This document shows, piece after piece, positions 36,204-47,812 of a DNA stretch of 55,754 nt. Origin of the DNA: Malacoraja senta (Eukaryota); the NCBI GenBank assembly GCA_038087875.1, contig JAXLNO010006171.1, positions 1 to 55,754 on the forward strand. The letters are read 5' to 3'. The first letter of the stretch is position 1. Every line of letters begins with the position of its first letter. The position numbers were made by a program, and so were the translations under genes. Below the pieces are notes generated by a model. It did no database searches and was not told the origin of the DNA. It saw nothing but the letters and a program-made list of their open reading frames with translations.

Positions 36204-38316
36204 CAGTGCCCTCCATAATGTTTGGGACAGACCTATAATTTATTTATTTGCCTCTGTACTTCACAATTTGAGATTTTGTAATAGAAAAAATCATGTGGTT
36301 AAAGTGCACATTTTAATAAAGGCTATTTTTATACATTTTGGTTTCACCATGTAGAAATTACAGCTGTGTTTATACATAGTCCCCCCATTTCAGGGCACCA
36401 TAATGTTTGGAACACAGCAATGTCTTGTAAATGAAAGTAGTCCTTTTTAGTATTATGTTGCATATCCTTTGCATGCAAGGATTGCATGCTTGAAGTCTGC
36501 GATTCATGGACATCACCGGTTGCTGGGTTTCTCTGGTGATGCTCTGCCAGGCCTGCCATTTGTTTGAACTTGAGCAGATAGGATGTGTCTATACACTTCA
36601 GAATTCATTATGCTACTACCATCAGCAGTTGTATCATCAATGAAGATAAGTGAGCCAGTACCTTCAGCAGCCATACATGCCCAGGCCATAACACTCCACC
36701 ACCGTGTTTCACATGATCATGATCATAATTATAATCATACTCTACTAATGTATGTTTTGCAACAATTTGGTTTGCCATACAGTCATACTACTAGAAAGCA
36801 ACAGACCACAAAATACATTTTAACATAAACATCCACCACAGTGACTCCTCCACATTCCTCACTGTGATGGAAGGCGGAAAAAAAAAGTTCAATCTCTTCC
36901 CTTCATTATTCTCCTGAGGTCGGGGGCCTCGAGCCTTCCGTTGACGGGACGATCTTGACTCCCGTAGCCGGCGGTGGGCATCCTCGTCGGGGCGATCAAG
37001 CTCCCGCATCGGGGGGGTCTCGGCTCCCCCGTGCCAGGCGATTGACCCCGTGTCGGGGCTTTTCGAACCCTCTGCGTTGTTGGAGCTCCCGACTCGGCCT
37101 CTCCCGAGACTGCGAGCTCTTGATGTTAAATGTCCGCAGGTTGGAGCATCGATCTCAGGCAAGGGATTGGCTCCGTTGTTAAGTCCACACCCCGCGGTGG
37201 GGCTCGAAGTCAGTCCCGAGCAAGGCTTCCAGCTCCATGATGTTAGGCTGCAGAGCGACTGGAGATACGACCCGGAAAACAATCGCATCTCCGGCAAGGT
37301 AAGAGATTGAAAAATGTTTCCCCCATATCCCTCCCCTACCCCCACCCCCCCCCATAAAACAAACCAGAGAACATTAACACAAACTTTTAAAACACACTAA
37401 AAATAATTTAAAAAAGTACGAAATGACAGACCGTTGGCGAGGTAGCCATCGCGGGGCCACCTGGTGATGAGGTGGTATGCTTTGGATCTTGGGCAGTTCC
37501 TTCTCTCTTCCATACTTTGCTCTTGCCATCACTCTGATATCAGTTAATCTTCGTCTCATCTGTGACGAGAACTGTGGTTGCTCTTTTAAGTACTTCTTGG
37601 CAAACTGTAACCCGGCAATCCTATTTTTGCGGCTAACCAGTGGTTTGCATCTTGCAGTGCAGCCTCTGTATTTCTATTCATGAAGTCTTCCGCAGACAGT
37701 GGTCATTGACAAATCCACACCTGACTCCTGAAGAGTGTTTCTGATGTATCGGACAGGTGTTTGGTGATTTTTCTTTATTATAGAGAGAATTCTGTCATCA
37801 GCTGTGAAGGTTTTCCTTGGCCTGCCAGTCCCTTTGCGATTAGTAAGCTCTTTCTTCTTAATGATGTTCCAAACGGTTGATTTTGGTAAGCCTAAGGTTT
37901 GGCTGATGTCTCTAACAGTTTTATTCTTGTTTCTCAGTCACATAATGGCTTATTTGACTTTCATTGGCACAACTTTGGTGCTCATGTTGATAAACAGCAA
38001 TACAAGTTTCCAAAGGTGATGGAAAGACTGGAGGAAAGACTAGGTGCTGAGAGCTGCATTAAGGAGGCAATTAAACATACCTGAGCAATTACAAATACCT
38101 GTGAAGCCATGTGCATTGAAATGGGGGGACTATGTATAAACACAGCTGTAATTTCTACATGGTGAAACCAAAATGTATAAAAATGGCCTTTAATAAAATC
38201 TGACAATGTTCACTTTAACTACATGTTATTTTTTCTATTACAAATCTCAAATTGTGGAGTACAGAGGCAAATAAATAAATGATGGGTCTTTGTCCCAAAC
38301 ATTATGGAGGGCACTG
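36204..38316 (-). mobile_element. Tc1 element with both ~200-bp TIRs (IR/DR-like), internal deletion, interrupted by a CpG-rich retroposon
   Basis: TA|cagtgccctccataatgtttgggaca ... tgtcccaaacattatggagggcactg|TA; highly similar to 6729-8166. Confidence 0.92.
36714..37465 (-). mobile_element. Long CpG-rich non-autonomous retroposon (related to 8911-9759) inserted in Tc1
   Basis: Empty site tttcaca|gatgagg is visible in the other Tc1 copy; head and 3' region colinear with 8911-9759; (atgatc/atgatt)-type tail; no TSD. Confidence 0.8.
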
Positions 38317-39409
38317 TAAGTTCAAATTTGAATTGCTTATCACTATAATTCTGCACTCCCACTTTGTTCTCTATTTTTTGCCTCGTACATGTTTCCAATG
38401 AAGCTCGTCAGAAGCTTGAGCAACAGTCTCCCAGGTGCTGATACGGCACATCATTCTTCCAGACTTTATGCTAAATTCTATATTTTCAGATTATCTAATA
38501 TCTCATCCTAGAATTTTACATTTCCAATATTAAATGTTTTCCTAATCTTACCATTCCATTGCCCTATTAAAACTCACCCAGACGTAACTTCACTGATCTC
38601 TACCGCTCATTTTCAATCAACACCATATTGCCATTTGCCTGTCTCTTGAAAATATTCTGTTGAATTTTCCTTCTATATTCCCCGTCCCCTCCCCAGTTTA
38701 CAGATCGTGAAACATTTCTTAACCTAATTATCTGAACGTGAATTTTTTTTTTGTCTGCTCTTACCCAGCTATGTTAGTTTCACCACTTTTCAAATTTTCT
38801 GTGATGCAGTTTTTTGCTGTTCTTCATAGCCCATAACCACATCTGCTGAATAGGCTGTAATAAGTATGCTCTCTTCATCAACCACGATAGCCGTAAGGCT
38901 TATAAGACGTACATCTGGAGCCTATTTCTCAAGGAAATAGCATGGATCAAATTGGTCCAAAATGTTAAATGTGTACTAATGCTTAACAGGATATGAAGCT
39001 GTATGGTTCATACTAGTCGTATTTTTTTACCAGTTGCTGTGGGAAAGGGAAAATAAGCTTAGGCTGTAATTGTGTGGACACTTTGTCCAATAGGATTATC
39101 AAGTTGGTGCCATAGTGATAAAAGAGAATCGAATGGCAAATTGCATATTACAAACAAGGGGGAAAGATTAGATCAGAACATAAAATTATTAGCAGGAATA
39201 AGGCATTCAATTCTTAAATCCAGCCTTGCTATACGGTAAGATTATGGATAGTCTGTTACCACACTTCCTATTTTCCTGCACTTAAACTGTATCTCTTGTT
39301 TCCCACAATAAATTAAAATTGCATATCTGTCTTGAATATACTGCTCTCTTGGATAGAGAATTGCAAAGATTTACCATTCTCTGAGTGGAGAACTTTATGA
39401 CCTCAACCA

Positions 39410-40137
39410 TACTGCACAATCGTAACCACATCCCTACCTGAGCAACAAACTACTATGGATGTTGTACACATACTTCAGCTTGCATTACTACAGTCTGGCT
39501 ACATCATAAATACTGAGAATTCATTGTATTATTGTATATTTGTGTCCTGTTGTGTATTAATGTGCCTGTAAAACTGCAGCAAGAAAATATTTCATTGTTC
39601 CGTTTGTAGCGGCAGATTTTTATATCGTTCAAGAGATTACTCGCTCTAGCCGCTAAGTGGACTATATGGTTAAGGGGAATGTCGTTATACGCATGCAAGC
39701 TCCCCGTCGGGGACCTTCAGAGCTTCGTCACAGATAAATCTTCATAACAGTCTTTTGATTAATAAATTCTTTATTGTTGATGAAAAACAATAAGGTACAT
39801 CCAAACTTCTTCCGACTCGTACACGATAATCTTCATCGAACTCCAGCTTATCGCTTTAAAGGTTAGAAAACTCCTCGTGTCTCCGTTACACTTCGCATGG
39901 TCAAAGGGTATACCTTCCCCATGCTGGTCCAAAACTAAACTAAAAACTAAGCTTCTGCGCAAGAAACTTAGCTCCATACACGCCCTAAAATACGTCATAA
40001 ATCCCACCCACAATATAATGGGCAGTCTAAAATTTAAAGACACATGCCATCATTAATGACACACAAAACAAGCCAAATGGCCACTTCACCGTTCCAGGTG
40101 CATATGACAACCCTTTTACTTTGACTCTTGACTTGAG
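39410..40137 (+). mobile_element. Rex1-type 3' UTR/tail split by a solo LTR
   Basis: ctgcagcaagaaaatatttcattgttccgtt | ccaggtgcatatgacaac...(ttgact)n rejoins into a Rex1-like tail. Confidence 0.65.
39605..40088 (-). mobile_element. Solo LTR, 484 bp (BEL/Pao-, Copia- or Gypsy-type)
   Basis: TG...CA ends with imperfect inverted termini (tgtagcggca / tggccacttca); 5-bp TSD ccgtt at 39600-39604 and 40089-40093; AATAAA on the minus strand near 39770. Confidence 0.85.
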
Positions 40138-40324
40138 CTGACCTCATGGAGACACTGATTTCTCTGGTTGTTAACACCCCTGCCAGAGAACTCCTGTCAA
40201 ATTATGTAACTACTTTGTATGTTTTAACAATAACGCCCCTCATTTTTCTAAACTTAAATGAATATAAGCCCAGTCCCTTTATCACAAGATAAACTTTTAT
40301 CTTTGGCAAGACTTTATCTTGGAC

Positions 40325-40463
40325 CAAACGTAATACCCTTTATACTATACACACTGTGGACGGCCTGATTGTAATCATGTATAGTCTTTTTGCTGACTGG
40401 ATAGCACGCAGCAAAAAAAGCTTTTCACTGTACCTCGGTACATGTGACAATAATAAACTAAAC
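40325..40463 (+). mobile_element. LINE/SINE 3' tail fragment
   Basis: ttttcactgtacctcggtacatgtgacaataataaactaaac, the same stem-loop tail type as 9695-9730. Confidence 0.6.
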
Positions 40464-40654
40464 CTGTTGTCCCAAGAATCAATATGGTGAATGTTTAAAG
40501 TAATTTTATTTCTCTATTTATTCTCAAGGCTAGCAAGATGTGCTAAAGTAATCATTATTATGAAATAGAAAGAAGGAAGATATAACTGAAAAAGAACACA
40601 GAAACTCACTGATGCTCATTACATGTTTATGCTAAGTTACAAAAGGTCTTGTGG

Positions 40655-41030
40655 AAAAACCAAAGCGCTGGATGGGTTCAGCTGGTCAGGCAGCATTTGT
40701 AGAGGGATATGGACAGATGACATTTTGGGTTGGAACCCTTCTTCAGACTGATGGAGTAGAGGGGAGCAAGCTGGTAAAGAGAGGGGATGGGAAGAATAGG
40801 GGCAAAAACTGTAGGTGAGAAGGGGTGATTGGAAGATGGGTGTAGATAGGCTGGAGGTGAAATAGAGACAAAAGGTGTGAGATGAGGAAAGACGAGAAGT
40901 GAGAAGCCAGAGGGAAGGATAGTGAGTGGAAGGGGCCAGGGTGTCGGGGAAAGAAGCGGCATAAAATGAAAAGAGGGGACTTGGAGTGGAGAGAGGTGGG
41001 AACTTCCAGGAATTTTAAGTTTTTGACTCT
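40655..41030 (-). mobile_element. Penelope-like 3' UTR plus terminal repeat with decayed hammerhead core
   Basis: Minus strand: pyrimidine-rich UTR, then ctgaaga-agggtt-cc-aaccc-aaaatgtc (40719-40746) and tgctgcctgaccagctga. Confidence 0.65.
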
Positions 41031-41039
41031 CTCCAATAC

Positions 41040-41665
41040 TGTCCTGTCGATGAAGACAGGTTGTAGATCGTAGGCCTTCCTCTTCTAAAGTCAACAATCA
41101 GGTCCTTGGTTTCACTGACTTTGAGAGCAAGGTTGTTGTTCCGGCACCATTTGGTCAGGCGATCGATCTCCCTCCTATAGTCTGACTCTACGTCATCCGT
41201 AATTCGTCCAACAATGGTGGTGCCTTTGGCGAATTGAAGATGGAGATGGAACTGTGTCTGGCTACACAGTCATGGGTATAGAGTGAGTAGAGGGCTGGCC
41301 ACACAAACTGGAGGTGCTCCTGTGCTGCTCCAGGTGCATATGACAACCCTTGAGCAGCAAATTACAGTTTTCAAGCTCCTATTCCTTCTTCCCGATTGCA
41401 GGAGTGAAGTGAGAGTGTGGCCAGGGTGGTGAGGGTGATGATGCTGGCTGCCTTTTTGAGGCAGCGACTTTGTAAATCTCTTCAATGGTGGGGAAGTCAG
41501 TACCCATGATGGACTGGGCAGTACAGTGCTCATCACTCATTGCAACCTTCTTTGTTCCTGGGCATTTGAGTTGCTGAACCAGACCGTGATGCAATCAGTC
41601 AAAATGCTTTCTACTGTATAGACGTTCAAGAGAGTATTTGTCGACATGCCGAATCTCTTCAAACT
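41040..41665 (-). mobile_element. Rearranged Rex1/Babar fragments
   Basis: STGAPxxCV, FAKGTT and WCRNNNLALKV in 41040-41325; the more C-terminal HPHHPGHT segment lies in 41355-41660. Confidence 0.75.
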
Positions 41666-43429
41666 TTAACTAAACACTGCTAATAACTTTCACTTAATTG
41701 CTGAATGGAAAATCCAGCTGATGAACCCATTTCTTAAAACCCTCTGTATTTTTTCCCAACAGGTTTCTCTTTCTCATAGCACTAAAATGCCCCAAACCAA
41801 ATTTTTGAATGACATTATTTGATTATGTTGCTGGTGCATTAGTTCAACACTGGCAATTCATCATAGTTGACCAGATCAAAAATGTTCAGTTGACTACTTA
41901 CCAAGACTGTTCTTGTTTAGCTCCATTTTTACTTGTTGGACTCCAACTTTAGTCTCTAAGGTTTTTCCCTCATAGTTATCTGAGTATTTTAGGAATGGGT
42001 TCTTCGTCTTTTGTCTTTTCCTCATCTGCAGGCTGAGCTTTAGTATGTTAATTTTCCACAACTCCACATGAATAGCAAGAACCCTTCTAAGATCTCATTC
42101 TTGTTCAGCACTGTTTTGGATAAGACATTTTTTTCAAATCAAACATTGAGGAGACTAAATTAAGCATGTTCTAAAGTTTTCCCAATTGCGTTTTAATCTC
42201 TCTCATCAGTTACCCCCAAATATCCACATCAAATCCTATCACCACCATTCATCCTTGACCATCATACTTTAGCATTCAAAATTAGATAAATGTGCTATGC
42301 CTGTAGTTTAGTTTGCAAGCTTTTAAGCATAGTAATATGTAAGTGCAGCAAATCAAAGTGTTGAAAGAGCTGCTTTAGCTTAAAAATCCTCCTCAACTGA
42401 ACTTGCTTTTATTGCCATTTATGAGGTAAAGTTTCCTTCCTGAAATTGAAAGGAAATTTTTGAAAGACTACTTTATTCCTGAAATGTTCAAATATGCAGT
42501 ACAATGAAATGTTTCTGTTCACAGTGAAATAACATTGGCATGACATCAATTTTTCTTTAACGTAGATTCCATGAGCAATAAGTCCAAGAGTGTTCTTGTA
42601 TTCGATGTGCAAGGGTGGGCGAGTCTTCACCTTTCCTTGTAGGCTTTATGAGGCAGCTATACAAAGCTTAAGTGTGTTTCTCAGCTTGTATTTCTGAATC
42701 TTGGAATTCCCACCTTTTAGTTTTTTTTACTGTGGGCAGCTCCTTGCACTGGAAGACCAAAATGCATCTTTCACAGAGCCAGGCCCTATCAGACGGGGGG
42801 CAACAAGTGCCATTTGGTATGGGCCTCATGCCTGTCTGCTTCAAATGGATCTTGATTTGGGGGACTCTAAAATTGAGGGGCCTCTGCTTGATCTTGGTTT
42901 GGGGGCCTCTGAAATTGAAATTGGCCTGGGCCTCAGTTCATCTATGAGAGAGCCTGCACAGAGCTTACCATTTTTTCAGCAGACCAGGCAACATCTGTGA
43001 AGTGAAAAGAACTGACGATGTTTCTGGTCAGGATTACAGCATCTGCAACCATTGCGTCTGAAGAAGGGTCCCAACCCAAAGGGTCACCTGTTCTTTTCCT
43101 ACACATATGCTGCCTGGCCTACTGAGTTCCTCCAAAAGTTTTCTTTTTTTTTTTTGCTGTGGTAAGTGCCCATCTTCTAGCCCTGCACAAAGTCAATTAT
43201 ATCCCTTCGCAATAGTCTTCCAGAAGAATAGCTCAATTGAATGTAGGATCAATGCAGCTTGAGTGGCACAAACATCTTAATTAAATCCTAACGCATTTTA
43301 GTGATGTTTATTTACAATGCTCTATGCTGTAGAAGCCCAACCCCTCTTCCCCAAAGTAACTTGTATATTTCCTCCATCTTGACGGTTTTGGCATCAATAC
43401 CCAAAGATTTAGTAAATATGGTGACATGA

Positions 43430-43630
43430 GAGATTACAGATGCTGGAATCGAGCAGAAAACTAGTTGCTGGGGGAACTCGACGGGTCAGTTTGCATCTGT
43501 GGAGGGAATGAACAGCTGATGATTTGGGTTGCAATCCTCCTTCAGTCTGAAGAAGAGTCCTGACCCAAAATGTCCTGTCCTTTCCCTCCATAGATGTTGC
43601 CTGAACTGCTGAGTTCCTCCAACACTTTGC
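43430..43630. mobile_element. Palindromic Penelope-derived element (two terminal repeats joined in inverted orientation)
   Basis: Arms 43466-43545 and 43547-43624 are centred on cttcag-t-ctgaag; a further single copy lies at ~43030-43140. Confidence 0.7.
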
Positions 43631-45089
43631 TTTTTTTTATATAGTAAATGTTTTGGCCAGAGATTTTTAAAAACGTGTGTGGAATTCAAAAATTCCTGAG
43701 ACAATCCTCCTCTAAATCTTGTGTACTTGTTTTTTCAGCATCTTTTGTCTGGTTTTCAGGTGAGAGGAAGCTGCTCATATTACATTGCCCCTTTGTCACA
43801 CTAATAATCTGACATCTTCATTAATTTAAGTATGATAATCTTAAAGCAATAAAAACAGATTTCTTTGTAAGGAAAAAAAACTGCAGAAATTATCTAGGGC
43901 TTAAACTATCTTGTGTTTAAAAAAATATTGTCTGTTTGAACATAACTGAGATCCGAGTCAATTTAAGATGATCTTCGAAGCACCTTATGCCTCTGGTATA
44001 TTTATAATGGTTATTTAAAATTTCAAGGCGGGTAGGGACATGACTATATGGGGAGAATCTTAGAACAAATAACAAATGTTGTTTTCTTAAATCTGTTTCT
44101 ACTGTGATCAAGCTCCCTGTTCTGTCAGATGAGCTGGGTGGTCGGTCACTAGCTCGGGGTTTGACAAACACAACTTTCCTGCTGACCCTGTTTTGGGGTT
44201 TGTTTTGTAGGTTTGTCTGTCTCGCAAGAGACTACGAGAGGCATTTCCCTTATGGCAGTAGTTCCCATTGTAGCTTTAATTGACACAGGATGTTAAGTTG
44301 TGGTGGGAATGGAGCTTGTTTAAAGCCAATCTCAAGCCAGTGTATATTCTGTCATTGTCCTCCTGGATGAGGGGTTCCTTAATGAGCGAAGGAGCAATTA
44401 GGAACAAGTGCTGGTTCATGGTGGTTAATTCACTAAGCACTAATTGAATGGGAAATGAGGTGTCTTAGAAAATGAGTGCAGTGTGGTATGTGCTGTTAGC
44501 TGTGTGTTTTGTACTGTGAAATTAAGTGCCTATTGGTGCTGCTGTTTTTTATAAATGACTCAGTCTTAAGCGTCTCCAGGCATTGATATATTTTATCAAG
44601 CATTGTGTACAATGTAATTTGAAGGTGTTTGAAGAAATTTTTAATAAGCCACTGTTATCACTATTTTTATGTAATTCTTTAATTATCTTCACTGTAATAT
44701 TTAAGTGCCATCTGCCACTACGCCATGTACATTCTCATCCAATAGTTCTTTCAACTTTTCCTGCTACCTTCTGAATTGAAAAATTCTATTTCTGCAACAA
44801 CATTAAAAAGGCACGTTATTTTATATTGCCTTCTTGTGACCAAAATATATCGCTTCAAACTTACTTGCATTAAATTTTGTCTGCCTAGTTCACAGATTGT
44901 ATCCTTTTATATTCTGTGGTATTCGTAAGCAGTGAAAGGCAGGGCCAATTCTGATTATGGGGAAACAAAACTGTACTTTCCAGTCTGGAGAGGAAAAAAA
45001 AATCACTCACTATCTCTGTGCTTTTTATCCATCAGCAAATTTCATGAACACACTACCACTGCCTTTTTAATGAGGAATTGAAGTCCAAT

Positions 45090-45360
45090 GAACCTGTCCC
45101 ACTTACGCGATTTTTTTCGGCGACTTGCCGGCACCCGTCTTCCAGCGGCGACCAGAACAAGGTACGACTCTTTAGGCGACTACTCACGACCATACAGGCT
45201 TCACCCCGCGACATGTCGCCAGGGTGTCGCCTGTATGGTCGTGAGTAGTCTCCTCAGCCGCCCAAAGAGTTGTAGTGTCTTTCTGGTCGCCGCTGAATTT
45301 TCAACATGTTGAAAATTTTCGCTGACCTGCAACGACCTATGACGGGTGCCGGCAGTCGCA
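45090..45360. mobile_element. Harbinger-type palindromic MITE, one TIR lost
   Basis: cctgtcccactt terminus as in 31784; nested inverted arms centred on cgacatgtcg (~45209-45218). Confidence 0.7.
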
Positions 45361-46474
45361 CACCAATGAAAAGATACAGCTTACAGTGCCGCAATACTTT
45401 GTGGCCCGAACTAGAAGAGAGCACATAACTGAAAATGTTGGAGCTGAAGGAGTTTAACGAGAAGTGGATACAGACAGCATAAATTTGGATGATCTCCATT
45501 TTGTGGAGAATAGAACAAGTCGACAGGATGTAATGAATGTTTCAGCAGCAGATTTGCTGAGGCAGGAATTAAGTTAAGTGATAGGTGAAATATGTGGTTT
45601 GATGTTGATCTTTATGTCAAAAATGACAATCTGTTTTGACCACCGACTGTGCTCGGAAGGAGGCCTGTTATGGGAAATCAAGTTTGGTGGAAATTGTATA
45701 TTCCATATTTTCTTATGACACGTGGCCGATTATTCGATACTAGCGTTCAGAGCATTCTCATTAGTCCCTTTCCCCCACTTATTTACCTGTAACTTATTCT
45801 CCCTTGCATGCTCATCAATTGAATTTGATTTTCCTGACACCTGCCTATACTAGCATCCGTTTACATGTAGTTAATTTTGTGTCTGCTATCCAATATAGAT
45901 AGCAGTCTGGCAATGTAGAAGGTATTGTTAGGGGAACCCCAGAATTATTTCATGTCTCTTTGCCTTATGAACACGATGAAATGTTGGTTCAATGCACGTA
46001 GAAAAGGGAGGAATATCGAACGATTTTGGGTAAGATAGTCGATACTTTGAGATTAGGGGGCTCTAACTCAAGATCTGGTTAGTTGGGAGATCATTAGTAT
46101 AGAATGCTACAGTATGTCAGTCACAATAGGCTCACTCCATTTGGATTCTGCACACTAATTTAAGCAAAAAGTGCACCGGAGGAGTGATTTTCAAATTGCA
46201 GATGATATGCCACAGGCAGAATTTGGTTTTATCAGCAAACCAGAGCTCTATCCTGTGCTTTGTGCTTTAAAAACTAAACTTTTGTTTCTTTTGTTATTTG
46301 GCTGAGTTTGATCTTATTGTGATGCAGTGAGACAACATCCTGGTTATAATGCATGCACATCACTGCTGAGGGTCACCACACCAGTGGATGCCCATGCTGC
46401 CCATCAGTTTATGCAAATGGTGAATGTAGGTTAAAAGCAGAATGCTAGAAATTCAGCAGTTAAAGCAGGGGAGC

Positions 46475-47039
46475 CGCGTGCGCGGCGGGAGTGTCCCGGG
46501 GAACCGCGCGGGCCCGATCCACCTGCCGAACAACCGCGCCACCGACAACCAGAACGACGAGCGAAGACCGGAACTCGCCCCGGTAGGCCTGACGCCCCAC
46601 AAGCCTCCCAGGAGATTGCGATGAAGCCGGGCGGCGAGGCCTGTCTGGGCCAATGGGAGCCTCGGCGGCAGCGGTGAGAGTGACGGGGGAGGGAAAGACA
46701 ATGGGGACCCAGTGTGGGGGGGGACCGCCGTGAAGAACAATGGGGCCCGGCGTGGGGGGCCCGCCATGAGGGATGGTGGGAGAACAAAGGGGGACCCGAT
46801 GTGGGGGTGGGGGGGCACTCTAGTTTAGAAACCACTGCACAGGGGATAAGCCTGCGTTCGTTTGTTTGTTTGTTCATTTGTTCCGGTGAAGGCACTGTGC
46901 ACAAAGCAGCCAGCCAACAGTTGCTTGTCTTTTTCTTTTTGTTTTCATTTTTAATTTCAAGTTTTTGCGTACCTTGTCTGTTGCGCCAATTTCCCTCCGG
47001 GGATGAATAAAGTTTTATCGTATCGTAGCATAAGTTGAT
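46475..47039 (+). mobile_element. CpG-rich non-autonomous retroposon with Rex1-like tail, flanked by a 35-bp direct duplication
   Basis: Tail aatttccctccggggatgaataaagttt(tatcg)n; internal acaatggggaccc..gtgggggg repeats x3; gaatgctagaaattcagcagttaaagcaggggagc at 46440-46474 and 47040-47074. Confidence 0.7.
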
Positions 47040-47409
47040 GAATGCTAGAAATTCAGCAGTTAAAGCAGGGGAGCAGGTTGGTGCAGTGACTGATGGTTTG
47101 CACAGACTTGCACAATTGTTCCATATGTCATTGCTGAAGTGGGATGGGAAGCAGATGTACGCTTATACTGAGGTTTTATTCCCCATTGGCAGCTGCTGAT
47201 TGTATGCAGTCACAAACATTGAGTATAAGTGAATACATGTCCTGTGATAAGTGAGTTGGAGAGAGAAGAATGGATTCACAAGAAATCATGACAATTCATA
47301 ATGACATAGCTGCCAACAAAGGGTCATAAGTGAAACCTCTGCACCGTACTTAGTTACCCAATACCTAAGCCGAACAGGTGTTTAAGAGCAACATGGTTCA
47401 TGGCAAATA

Positions 47410-47522
47410 TTGCATTTCTTGGGAAGGGGGAGGGGATGGAGACAGAGGGAAAGCAAGGGCTATTTGAAGTTAGAGAAGTCAATGTTCATACCGCTGGGTT
47501 GTAAGCTACCCAAGCGAAATAT
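47410..47522 (-). mobile_element. Penelope-like GIY-YIG C-terminal fragment plus start of 3' UTR
   Basis: 47522-47460 translates IFRLGSLQPSGMNIDFSNFK*, the LxxLxPxGxN end typical of PLE GIY-YIG domains. Confidence 0.75.
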
Positions 47523-47529
47523 TTAAGAA

Positions 47530-47812
47530 TACTTTAAGAATAAGGAGTAAGCCATTTAGAACGGAGATGAGGAAAACTTTTTCACACAGAGGTTTGTGAA
47601 TCTGTGGAATTATCTGCCTCAGAAGGCAGTGGAGGCCAATTCTCTGGATGCTTTCAAGAGAGAGTTAGATAGAGCTCTTAAAGACAGCAGAGTCAGAGGA
47701 TATGGGGAGAAGGCAGGAACGGGGTACTGATTGTGGATGATCAGCCATGATTACAGTGAATGGTGGTGCTGGCTCGAAGGGCCGAATGGCCTAGTCCTGC
47801 ACCTATTGTCTA
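47530..47812 (+). mobile_element. CR1 3' end
   Basis: LRIRSKPFRTEMRKxFFTQRxVNLWN...FKRELDRAL plus 3' UTR tail. Confidence 0.85.

Noticed and set aside
37440-37468. HDV-like ribozyme or CTCF site at the retroposon head (tcaccaggtggcccc...ggctacctcgcc)
   Set aside because: P1/P2 pairings could not be completed, and the CTCF-like match is not preserved in the 8911 copy.
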